Shown: positions 32,221 to 44,114 of the stretch, piece after piece
Position numbering within the stretch: the stretch's first letter is position 1
Layout: every line of letters starts with the position of its first letter
From: Eledone cirrhosa
Taxonomy: Eukaryota
Length of the DNA: 64,000 nucleotides
Assembly: GCA_964016885.1 (NCBI GenBank)
Contig: OZ024742.1
Span: 192,696,001 to 192,760,000 of the forward strand
Direction: 5' to 3'
The notes under the pieces: generated by a model
What the model was told of the DNA's origin: nothing
The model's database searches: none
What the model saw: the letters and a program-made list of their open reading frames with translations, nothing else
Translations under genes and position numbers: made by a program

Positions 32221-32225
<5 letters not shown>
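31113..32225. mobile_element. Inverted pair of Penelope-like 3' ends (~460-bp arms), both ending in (TA)n
   Basis: ORFs 31404-31670 (-) and 31735-31935 (+) both encode the GIY-YIG C-terminus (CRLCDLELLYI..LLNNKLE..FCRHR). 31113-31577 is the reverse complement of 31760-32225. Confidence 0.9.
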
Positions 32226-32298
<73 letters not shown>

Positions 32299-32734
32299 AT
32301 ATATATATATATTGCCTACTTAACCTCTGTATTGACTTGCCCATTATATTGCTACTCTGTTAATGTTGTCTTATACATGTATATCGACCACATAAATATT
32401 ACTATCCTCACTACAGTGATAAATTCTTCATCTGTCAGATAATAAATTATTCTTACGGCCACCAGACCTACATTGTTTAAAGCCACCAGCTTATCTTTAC
32501 CCTATATATAATACACCCCATGACAGCTTTTACATGTCAATTTTATACATCTGCCTCATGTCAGCTAGTTTTACACGCTAAAATCGTAGATATACTATAC
32601 TTTTCACCTAGAATGATGTTGTGATTATTTCAAATAATTTATTGCTAGCATTGTTAGTATTGTTGTTATTGTTCTGACTGAATGCCATTACTACTATATA
32701 TAGTAGCCATGCCTGTATATTCCTTTCATTCTCA

Positions 32735-32852
32735 CAAGCTCCGATGAATCGACTGGTTATAACTTTATATTGGTAATCTACGTGAATAACGTGAAAACAA
32801 GGGGGTAGCGATCTCTAGACCTACCAGTTTAGAGAAACAATTGTCAGCATTG
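32735..32852 (+). ncRNA. Hammerhead-like motif (U4C variant) with long stem II insertion, in a TA-flanked element ~32311-32908
   Basis: CAAGCT CCGATGA ATCG ACTGGT...ACCAGT TTAGA GAAA CAATTG TC AGCATTG. Confidence 0.6.
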
Positions 32853-32901
32853 AGATTAAAAACCTTTTTTGTATAGCAAACCGTGTCACTCTTCTTTCCT
32901 G

Positions 32902-32962
<61 letters not shown>

Positions 32963-32964
<2 letters not shown>

Positions 32965-33089
32965 GGGTGGCGCAAAAGTCGCTCACCAGTAAATTGGCAC
33001 TCTTGTATATCTTACATATTTGTGTATATAAATGTGAAAAACGTATGAAAATTAATGGTAGAATGATGCGTGACTTTTGCGCTACCCTG
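32963..33089. mobile_element. Tc1/mariner-type MITE
   Basis: TIRs CAGGGTGGCGCAAAAGTCGC / GTGACTTTTGCGCTACCCTG, followed by TA. Confidence 0.8.
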
Positions 33090-33203
33090 TATACACACAC
33101 ACACATATATATATGCATGTATGTATGTATATATGTATATATGTAAGTATGTATGTATGTCTACATGTCTGCATGTATGTATGTATATATGCATATATGT
33201 ATG

Positions 33204-33731
33204 TCATGTCGCTCTCGAGTGCTACTGGTAACATGTAACCCAGTACAACCTGTCTCATGGTCGGGTCGTCGGTGACTAAACCGGCAACCCCACCAAGCTT
33301 CCTTGGTGAGGAGGGTGATATTTGGACACTCTGCGGGATGAAATGCAATATCCGGCAAAGGGCGGAGGAACTCAGTATAGTCAACGGTCATCCAAATATT
33401 ACTTTTTCTTTTTCGTCTGGGTGTGAAAGGGACCCAGTTGTTATCACAACACCTTTCTAGGAGAGGAAAAGACCGAAAAAAAACTTGTGGCTTTCGAAGC
33501 ATCCGATGATGTTGACCAGTTCTCCTTTTCGGGTAGTGTTTTCGATGCTCAGAGAGTGTGATTGGTCGAGTGCAAGGCCTATTTCTCCACTTAAAAAATC
33601 TTCAAAGCACAGGCATTGCTTGTTCAGAATATATTACAGGTTTGTGTTTGGCCGTAGCCTAAAAGTTCACCAAACTCTATAATCTGACGAGCGATTGCAA
33701 TACTCTTGGCACAGTTTGCAGCCATCATGTA
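33204..33731 (+). mobile_element. Non-autonomous RTE derivative, second diverged copy
   Basis: GTGCTACTGGTAACATGT..CCCAGTACAACCTGTCTCATGGTCGG...CACCAAG..CTTGGTGAGGAGGGTGA shared with 5537-5637. Ends GCAGCCATCATGTAT and is preceded by TATG-rich sequence. Confidence 0.75.
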
Positions 33732-34442
33732 TATATATATATGTATATATATATGTATGTATGTATGTATGCCTGTATGTATGTATATGTGGTGTCTCCA
33801 TCTGCACGTACCGGTCTAAACTTGTGTCCCCTTATATTATGTACAGATCATCATACAACCAAGCCAATTATTAAATGATAATCAATAACATAATTAACAT
33901 ATAGAAATAACACCTGAGGTCGATATGATTGTCCAACAGTTAACCTTGGTAGTCTTGACCAAGCAGAGCCACAGTCCAGTGACTGAAACTAATAAAATAA
34001 TTTGGCTGATAATTACTCCAAAAAGTTAATTAGCTCATTAAGAAGTTTTAGGTTAATTAGTGGAAAATATCTAATTACTCTACGACAGTGTCACTGCAAT
34101 ATATTTGATTGGTTCATTCAGATTGTCATCTTCGATTTATTTATATGTTTCATTTATTCATTTATATTAGGTTCGAGACAAATAGATAATTTAGAATAAA
34201 GGAAGGAAAAATGGATCTCCGTCAGTTTCGACGTTAAGCGTTACAGCTGTTCTGGCAACGGAACATACTGCTCATGAAATTAACAATTAAGTGGTTGAGC
34301 ATTCCACAACCATATGCAAGCCTACCTAACACACAATACGGTTTCTGTCTGTACAGAGGTTTTTTCTTAAAAGGGCATGTCCTACTGAGCAGGGATTTTA
34401 TGGAACTTGCTGGCTTTTCTATCAACTTAATTGTCTGTTTGG

Positions 34443-34630
<188 letters not shown>

Positions 34631-34862
34631 CAGGTAAACAGGATTAACAAAGCAGACGTTAATTATGACGCCTGAAATAATTGGGAAAGATTCTTAACGT
34701 TTCGGACACTTGTCATTCATTAGAAAATAGAATTAAAGGAAAGCGTAAAATAGAAAGATTAAGATTGAGAAGAAGAAGGAACGGAAAAAATGAGATAAAA
34801 CACAAGTGATGGAAAATGGAAAAAGAGTCAGCAATTTTGTATATATATATATATATGCATTT

Positions 34863-34919
<57 letters not shown>

Positions 34920-35392
34920 AAGAATTTATATCTAGTAACATATATATACATACAAATGCATATCGATGCTACCAAATATATAGGTTTTGTCTTAATAACA
35001 TTGTGGTTCAATGCATGGGGTTGCAGAACAATAATATAAGAGACGTAAGATAAGAAAATTATAAAATTAACTTACTAAAATATCACTTCCAACTAATTAG
35101 TTTCTGGAATGGAGTAGATACATCTTCCGAAGAAGGTGCAGAGAAACATCCCGTCACCAGGAAAGTCAATTCTCATATAAGTTCCAGGCAAAGCGAGGAC
35201 ACAGGAAGCTTATTAAAAATAAATCAGTGAATAGGAAATAGCAAAGCGTGGACTTACTTCCTAGCCATTGAGAAAATCACTGCCTCTGTGTCTGTGGCAA
35301 ATTCAAAAAGAATCGAACACGTGACAACGAGGTCAATCGGTGGAAAGTGGGTTGTCAATAAGACAGCGGCTAGCCTGCTACCGTAGCAGCAG

Positions 35393-35597
<205 letters not shown>

Positions 35598-35706
35598 GAT
35601 TTTTGAGTTTATGTTGGTTGTATACCAACACCTCAGTATGCAGGCTGGAGCACTCGACGAAGTGCGCAGGTTGGTTTGGTTACTCCGGAGTAGTGTAAAA
35701 TAAAGT

Positions 35707-35756
<50 letters not shown>

Positions 35757-35987
35757 ACTAGAAATTGATTAACATATATATAAACATGAATAATCACAGG
35801 GATTAATTTTGTATATATATATATATATATATATTTGTTATAAAAGTGCTGTTAGTTGATTGTCAGTGTTGGATACCATCCATCCCCGCAATCGGCAAAT
35901 TATAGTGTATTAGGTTTAAGCACCCCACACATCAGTAAGATAAGGGATCACTTTGACTAGTGTCCGAGCATTATTAGTATGTAAAAG

Positions 35988-36180
35988 GGCGGTGGATTGG
36001 CAGTATCGGTAGCGGGTCGGACGCCATGCTTTGACGTATAGAGTTACAGCCCTTGCCATTCTGAGTTAAAATCCCGCCGAGGTTAACTTTGCCTTTCATC
36101 CTTACGGGGTCGATAAAATAAAGTACCAGTAATGCACTGGGTAATTGCTGGCCTTGTGCCTAAAGTAGAAACAATTATTA
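35988..36180 (+). mobile_element. tRNA-derived Meta-like SINE with TSD
   Basis: Flanked by ATTATTAGTATGTAAA on both sides. Confidence 0.93.
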
Positions 36181-36355
36181 GTATGTAAATAAATATGAAA
36201 GCACAGTTCTTCTTCTCAATACTTCAATTTATTAAATAACGACCACTATGCATATTTCAGAAGTGTCAGACGATAGGTACGTAAGAATTTTTGACAATAA
36301 CAACGTTTGACAATAACAACGTTTTCTGAGTATGTCCAACTTTGTGAAATACCGC

Positions 36356-36549
36356 CTAATAATTGTTTCTACTTTTTTTGGAACAAGGCCAGCAATTACT
36401 CAGTACATTACTGGTACTTTATTTTATCGACCCTGTAAGGATGAAAGGCAAAGTTAACCTCGACGGGATTTGAACTCAGACCGTTAGGGACGAAACTATG
36501 CTAGGAAGCATGGCGTCCGACCCTCTACCGATACTGCCAATTCACCGCC
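36356..36549 (-). mobile_element. tRNA-derived Meta-like SINE
   Basis: Reverse complement of the same family. ACCGCCTAATAAT occurs at both ends. Confidence 0.92.
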
Positions 36550-36822
36550 TAATAATGACGTGTTTAACTTATGTTATTATTCCGTAACTATCACCTAATG
36601 TCTTTGAATTGTAAATAATGGCAATAATTTAATTAATTAAAGTGTGAGTAATGAAAAACGTATATTGAGTATTGTTAACACACACACGGTATTTTATCGA
36701 AACAATTATTGAAGGAAATACACGCACACACAAAATACATACACACGCACACACGCAGACAGACGGAGACACACACGCACACACGCACACACACACACGC
36801 ATATACACACACACACACGCAT

Positions 36823-36855
<33 letters not shown>

Positions 36856-36865
36856 GACATAGTCG

Positions 36866-37138
36866 AGGCACGTGGCCTAGTGGTAAGAGTGTTGGACTTA
36901 CGATCATAATGTCATGGGTTCGATTCCTGGGTTGCGTGTTGTGTTCTTGAGAAAAACACTTCATTTCACGTTGCTCCAGTATACTCAGCTGAAAATGAGT
37001 ACCAGCTGGGGTTTTAACCCTGCGATGGACTGGCATCCTGTCCAGTGGGGAGTCTTGTACTGTCAGTCACTTCACGGCATGAAACTGTGATAAGCACTGG
37101 CCAAATTAGTCTTCTGGCTTAAGACAGACTTTAGACTT
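36866..37138 (+). mobile_element. tRNA-derived SINE with CORE-like domain
   Basis: TGGCCTAGTGG A box, GGTTCGATTCC B box, GTGTTCTTGAGAAAAACACTTCATTTCACGTTGCTCCAGT, AGACTTT tail. Confidence 0.8.
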
Positions 37139-37154
37139 TATATACATATATAAG

Positions 37155-37243
<89 letters not shown>

Positions 37244-37388
37244 CTGACTACCATTTACAAGATATGTTGCAATAGAAGTCATCATTGATCGGATGTGTCA
37301 CTCAGTAGGACTAAATACGGAACCACATGGTTTTTGAGTGGAACACTTAGCTACAGATTCATGTCTGAGCCATGAAACAACTCTTTTA

Positions 37389-37422
<34 letters not shown>

Positions 37423-37510
37423 ACATACACACACACATATATATATATATCTGTGTGTGTGTGTGTCTGATATATTTTTAAAAAGAGAATGAGTGTGTGT
37501 GTGTGTGTGT

Positions 37511-37547
<37 letters not shown>

Positions 37548-37841
37548 GGAAATACCGATGTGTTTGATTAGAGTCGTTTATTTTAAAGAAACATAATGGT
37601 TGTCCACGGTATTATATGGCTGCTTTGATATATTTACAATTCATTCTATTTACATCGTAATTTATATATATATATATATATACATATATATAGATATACA
37701 TACGCAGATGCATCATACATAGACATGTGCGGTCATACATACGCACATACATATATATATATATATATGTGTGTGTGAGTGCGTACTTATGTATGCGTAC
37801 ATGTACATATATATAACTGCATAATAGAAGGCAGGAACACA

Positions 37842-37903
<62 letters not shown>

Positions 37904-37969
37904 GGTGTGTGTGTGTGTGTGTGTACTTATGTATGTGTACATGCGTACATACATGTACATATATATGCA

Positions 37970-40640
37970 TGTTTAGTGAGTTGGTCCCAGGGTTACTTAT
38001 TTCAGTAAGCAGCACGGGATCACAACTACTAAATTTAATAGAAATAATATATAGTAAAATTTTTCATACAATTTCTTTTTGTGAGAATTATCTCTCATTA
38101 CATTTCTCAAAACGAGTATCAAAATAACTTGCGTTTATTGTAGTCCGTGTATTACAAATGTGGTAACCAAATATGCCTCGTTGCATGACAAGGTATAATC
38201 CTGAATTATACGATATGGTTGAGAAAAAGGTTAGCATGCTTGCGCTCGATGTGACCAGTTTGAGAGGTCCCGCCAAAAGAGTAAGTGAGCAAGAGAGGTC
38301 GAGTGACGTCAGAACACTCCCTTATATACTGGCCACGGGGAAGTAACTCCAATTAGTTTTTTATCCACGGGCAAGGTGGCGCTAGTCGCTATAATTGTCC
38401 CCTGCAGACGATAGTCGATAATAACCGTAAAGTCATTGTAGCGAGGAGCCGTGGAATATGGTGCAACCAAAACAGAAGGTACATAAATTACAATGGCAAA
38501 GTATAAAAGAAGCATAAATTACAATGGCAAAGTATAAAAGAAGCATACAGAAAAATGTAACTGGAATAATACAATTCAAAACAGTACAAAGGAGCAAGGA
38601 AAATAGTGCTCAAAATAAGTTCAACAATTTTCAAAGTCAAATAGTTCATATATCTTGGAGCGCTGACCTTTCAAACAAGAACGTGCCCAACCGGTGATTA
38701 AACGACGCATATTAGGCCAGAAAAATCGAGCAGTAATAAGCTTCACCGTGGAAGCTATGCCAGGATGTGACAAGGAATGAAGTACATCAAAAACGGTACT
38801 TTGATGGCAATCTGGAACAAGTGGTCTGGGTGAGCCAGTAGAAATATCGCAAAGAATTTTTCCTTCAACAGACGGAAGAGGTAAATATTCAAATTTACAG
38901 CAGGAAAACTGGGTAGAAGAAATGTCCAACGAATCCAAAGTAGGTTGGTCAGTTGCTATGGCAACCAAATCGATATGTGCAGGAGACGCAAGAAAACACA
39001 CAGAAAGTCGAGATAGTGCGTCCGCAGATATGTTGGCAGTTCCAGCTATATGACGAATGTCACTGGTGTACTGGGAAATGAAATCCAAATGTTAGTATGC
39101 CCTCGGAGAGTATCTGTCGGACTTGGTTTGAAGAGCGAATGTGAGTGATTTATGGCCTGTGAATACCGTGAACTCCCGACCTTCAAGAAGATGGTGGTGG
39201 AAGTGTCTCACAGCAAGATAAACTGCTAAACAACTCTCTGTCAAAAGTACTGTAACGTTGCTCTGCTGGTTTTAGTTGGCGTGAGAAAAACGCCAGTGGT
39301 TGAACTTGGTGGTCGATCGCATGTTGCAAAACTGCTCCAACAGTATGATCGCATGCATCAACAGTTAAAGAAAGTCTCGCGTTTGCAACAGGATGGGCGA
39401 GGAAAGAAACTTCAGCTACCTCGGACTTGACGGATTCAAAAGACTGCACAGCAACAGCAGAAAGTGAAATAGGAGCATCTTTCTTTTTCGCAGCCTTTAA
39501 AATGGGAACAACTTCTCCGCACAGTTAGGAATGAAGCGACGATAAAAGTTAATTAATCCCAAGAAATTATGTAATTGTTTAAGGGAGGTGGGTGTTGCAA
39601 TACGCTGACTCGCTTCTACCTTAGATGGCAGAGGTTGAATGCCTTCCGAATCTATAAGATGTCCAAGGAATTCCAGTGAAGCTGTACCAAACACACATTT
39701 AGCTGGGTTGATTCCGACCTGGTACGATTGAAGACGTTGAAATAACTAAGATAGATGTTGCTGATGATGTTCAGCTGTGCCGCTGGCTATTATGAGGTCA
39801 TCCACATAAGCAAACACGAAATCCAATCCACGCATGACATCATCGATAAAACGTTGGAACGTGCTAGAGGCATTCCGCAAGCAAAAAGGCATGGACAGGA
39901 ATTCAAATGAACCAAAGGTGGTGGTCACAGCTGTTTTTGGTATATCCTCTGGATTCATGGGTATCTATTTTGGAAAATATCTTGCATCCATGCAGAACGA
40001 ATGAAAAATCCTGTAAATTTGGTAGAGGATAACGGTCCGGTCTGGTGATGGCAATAAGTTGTCGATAATCTCCCACAGGTCTAAAATCCGCTTCACCCTT
40101 ACGAGCCAAAAGAAGCGGAGATGCCCATGGGCTGGTGGACGGTCGTATAAGACCGAGCTGGAGCATGTGCTCGAACTCGTTTCGTGCCCTGTTTTTAGTC
40201 TATGCGGAGCCAACCTTCGTGGACGAGAGAAAACAGGTGGACCAGTTGTTGTAACGAAGTGTTGAGTCGAGTGGGCTGCCTGGATAGGTCTAAATGAAAT
40301 ATCCGTTAACTCGGGAAACGAAGTAAGGAGTGCATGAAACTGGTTTCCAGCGGAAGCAACAAAAAATGACGAACTGACAGCAGTAGTGGTAGATTTACGA
40401 GTAGGCGTAGATAAGTATGTGGTACTATCCACATGGTTCTGTTTCCTGACATCTACCAAAATTGAATAGTGCTGTAAGAAATCCGCACCGAGAATAGGAT
40501 GAGGTAGGTCGCCAATGACAAAAGTCCATTTGAAATCTCGACGCAGAAGCTAGGTCCAATGATAAAGATATCTGTCCATACGTTTTTATAGGAGACTGGT
40601 TTATATTAGAAGGTAGGTAGTGTTTATTTAAAAAATATAT
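37970..40640 (-). mobile_element. Decayed Ty3/Gypsy LTR retrotransposon (pol fragments; possible LTR ~37970-38600)
   Basis: SPWASPL, RPVGDYR, DRYPLP, KTAVTT.FG, FLSMPFCLRNASSTFQRF, AYVDDL, FLGH, FLGLINFYRRFIP, DAC...VGAVL, YSTFDREL, ADALSRL, HSLSHPG..FFWP. Many frameshifts and the integrase core is missing. LTR limits are uncertain. Confidence 0.9.
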
Positions 40641-40829
40641 AAATACGTCGTGTTTGTTCATAAAATATTCGATTTATATAAACTAGACATTGGTTATTTT
40701 GCTATCTAGCAGTCTTTAATATCATTATTATTACCACCACTATGGATTCGCAGCATCGGTAGAGAGTCTGACGCCATACTTTGCAGCAAAGAGTTATGGC
40801 CCTTTATAGTCTGAGTTCTCTACTTTGTC

Positions 40830-43800
40830 TTCACTCAAAACTTCGTTCCTCACCAAGTTTCTTCATTTTCGTCTTCTTCGGCATCACGTAGTGAAAGCCA
40901 GGCAAAGGCAATTTCATCCTATTCAACAAGGGCAGCAAAGGAGGCAGCAGTAGCAGCGGCAGTAGTAACAACAACAGCAGTGGTAGGAGTAGCAGCAGCA
41001 ACACCAACAACACCAATTGTAGCAGTAGAAACAGCAACAGCACCAACAAGACCAGTGGCAGCAGTAGTGGCAGCAACAATGATGCCACTGAAAAAGAGAT
41101 CATCCCTTTTGCTAAGGTGGCTCGCAACGTAGAAACAGTCCTGGTCACAGAGGAGGAGATGGTGGTCGCAAGACACATGGTAACCAGAACCAAATTTTCA
41201 GTGTCCTTCCTTGAGGAACAAGAGCGACGCACAATGTCATACCGCACAATTGACATGAAATCGCGTCGTATAGAGAGAGCCACGAAGGTGCAAATACAAA
41301 AGGGTCCTCTGCCCACAGAAGATAACAAATGCGAAGGTAGCCCTCCTCCCAACGCCGGAAACGCTGCCTTCAGAAACAGCAGGCAACGAGAAAGTCGGGA
41401 TCTTCTACAGAGAGTAGGAGGACAACGTCCGTAGAACCACACCAAAGCCACAGACAACAAAAACAGCGGTGGCAATGTCAGCAACAGAAATGGTAGCACT
41501 AGCTGCAACTGTGCCAAGAACGGCAAACCAGCCTCCACCACCACCACCACCACCACCACCACCACCACCAACAACATGCAGTGTGAGGAGGTAGAGGAGT
41601 GGAAAACGGTTTGCAAGAAGAACAAACGTAAAAAAAGCGCCGCTTCGCCCTCCAAAAGCGAGGGCAAACAAAGCAAAACCACACCACAGCATCACCACGA
41701 ACAATAATCACACCACCACCACCAACATCACCACAAACACCAACATCGCAAACACAAAAAGGCACACACACCGAACAGCAGCAACAGGACCCCCCCCCTC
41801 CAAAAAAAAGAGAAAAAAATTACACAGCCATAAACATCGACGACCGCAGCGCAGGGGCAAATCACCAGCTTTGGATGGTAGTCCTCCGAGCTTTATGCGT
41901 ACATGACAGACTTGCTCGGCGACCTCTTGGCAGATGTCTACTGCAACTGCCAGCAGAACGGGAGCATTCCCAGTTTTGTGAGCCGGGGAGCGGTGGCGCT
42001 GCTGAGAAAAGACCCGAACAAGGGGGACGTTATAGACAACATCAGGCCCATAATTCTGCTAAACGCAGGGTTGAAGATTTTGGCCAAGGTGTTAGCAAAT
42101 TGATTGGCGCTTGTCGTCGGTGATCTGTTGGGAGAGGCGCAGACATGCGCCATTCCAGCCAGATCCCCACGACATAAGATCTTATGCGATACATCATAGA
42201 GAGGGTAGTTAAGGAACCTGACACGGGTGGGCCCTGATCAACTTGGATCAATCTAAAGCATTTGATAGGGTGGACCATCCGTACCTGGCTGCGGTCCTCG
42301 AGGCGGCCGGCTGGGGGCCCGTTTATAGGGGCTGGATCGCTGCAATGCACAGCGACATCTGCTCGATTGTGAGGGTGAATGGTCACCTGTCGCAGCCTTT
42401 CAGCATCATGCGCTCGGTCCGCCAGGGTTGCCCCCTGTCGTCCCTCTTGTACGTACTGGCCGTAGAGCCGTTACTGCACAAATTGGAGACGATGAGGGGG
42501 GTCCCACGCGAACTGGGATGCGGGACATCCGTGTCAGATTACGCAAACGACGTCACATTGGTGGTGTCGAGCACCAAATACGTCCAGATGCTCGGCACCG
42601 CTCTCAAAGGATACGAAGCGGTGACAGGAGCAAAGATAAACCAGGAAAAGTCGGCGGGATTGTAACTCGGCACCTGGAGAGGCAAGTCCATGCCGTCCAA
42701 CAGAGTCCGGACCTCCAGAGGGAGAAAACCTGGAGCAAGGTGATGAGTAGGGTGGCATCTCTCACCCAGAAATGGGCAGATAGGAGGCTGTCTCTGAAAC
42801 GTCGGGAGGAGGTGGCAAATGCGTACATAGCGTCCGTCATCTGCTACCGCCTGACCGTCGTACCTGCCCAACTCTGACCAAAATGGAGTGCCTTCTCTTC
42901 CGCTTTTTGTGGAAGGGACGTGCTACCATGATCACACGATCCATTTGCTGTCAACACCTGTTGCGTGGAGGACAGGGTATGGCGTGGCTGATGATGCACA
43001 AACCTGCGCTGAGGCTGCGACATCTCTGGTGCTTCTTTGACGGTGAACAAGTGTGGTCGCCGTTTGCCAGACGCGATTTTACCCAGCTCGTCCCCTTCAC
43101 GGAGCTGCAGTCCTGGATCAGGAAAAGACCGAGGGATAGCGCCTGGAAGCTGGAATGTCTCCAAGCGCTCACCGCCCTCTACCAGCTGGACACTAGTATC
43201 GGTGGAACATCCACCTTGACATTCTATAGGTGGCTAGTGGAGGGAAAGAGCGACGACGTTCTCGGGGAGACCCTGGGCGTCAAAGACGATTAGCTGTTCG
43301 CTCTCTTCAAGAGATCTTTCAGACCGGGGTCTATGGACAACTTCCAGAAATCCTTGGCCTGGGAGTGCTACCGGGGAGCGTTGCCGGTTCGGGATAAGCT
43401 ATACAGGCACGGAGGTTCTGTCAGACGAAACCTTCCTGCACGCGCGTGTTCAGTGCCCGAGGATTGCTGACTTGTGGAACTATGTCGAACAGCTGCTGTC
43501 GCATGTAGGACGGATCCGGTTATCGACTGTGTCCATTGTGCAGGTAGCCCCACCATCCTCCTTTAAAGAGGAGGAAGGACAGGAAGTTTTCATCTGCCTG
43601 GTGGCGATGGCGAAAGAGATTGTGTGGTGGACAAGGTTGAAAGGGTTAAAGACGGAGACGTTCCTCTTCGGCCAATCTCTGGTTAACCTTTTCAAGTTTC
43701 ACTTGAAGAGGAAAATCAGGGTGGAGAGGCAAGTGCTGCCTTCTAGTAAGTTTGTTGAAAGGTGGGTGAAAATGGAGAGTCTGGTCCGAGTAAACGGGCC

Positions 43801-44083
43801 CGTTCTGAGTATGCACCTGCAGATTGAGGAGTGGGAAAACTGAGAGAGGGCGCTTGCCCTGGTGGTCAAGGCAGCCGTGGTCTTTTTCGTGTGGTTTTAG
43901 CCACGAGTTATCCTCGGAGGTTTCCCACTTTTGGGGGAATTTTTGTTGTTTGAATTTATTTGATTCCTAGCTCGATTTTGTTATAACCTGTTTACACGAC
44001 CAGAACCCACTTTGTATCGTCCTGTACTGTTCTGCCGTCTCTAATGTTTTTATTCGTGTTAGCCCTTGTGGCCAATAAAGAAA

Positions 44084-44085
<2 letters not shown>
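40830..44085 (+). mobile_element. Tx1-clade LINE, internally deleted and decayed
   Basis: ORF1 remnant (RRTMSYRTIDMKSRRIERA, homologous to 47680-47907) joined at ~41845 to the RT region (GKSP.LDG, DQSKAFDRV, VRQGCPLS). The 3' end is CCTTGTGGCCAATAAAGAAATC(ATT)n. Confidence 0.9.
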
Positions 44086-44114
<29 letters not shown>

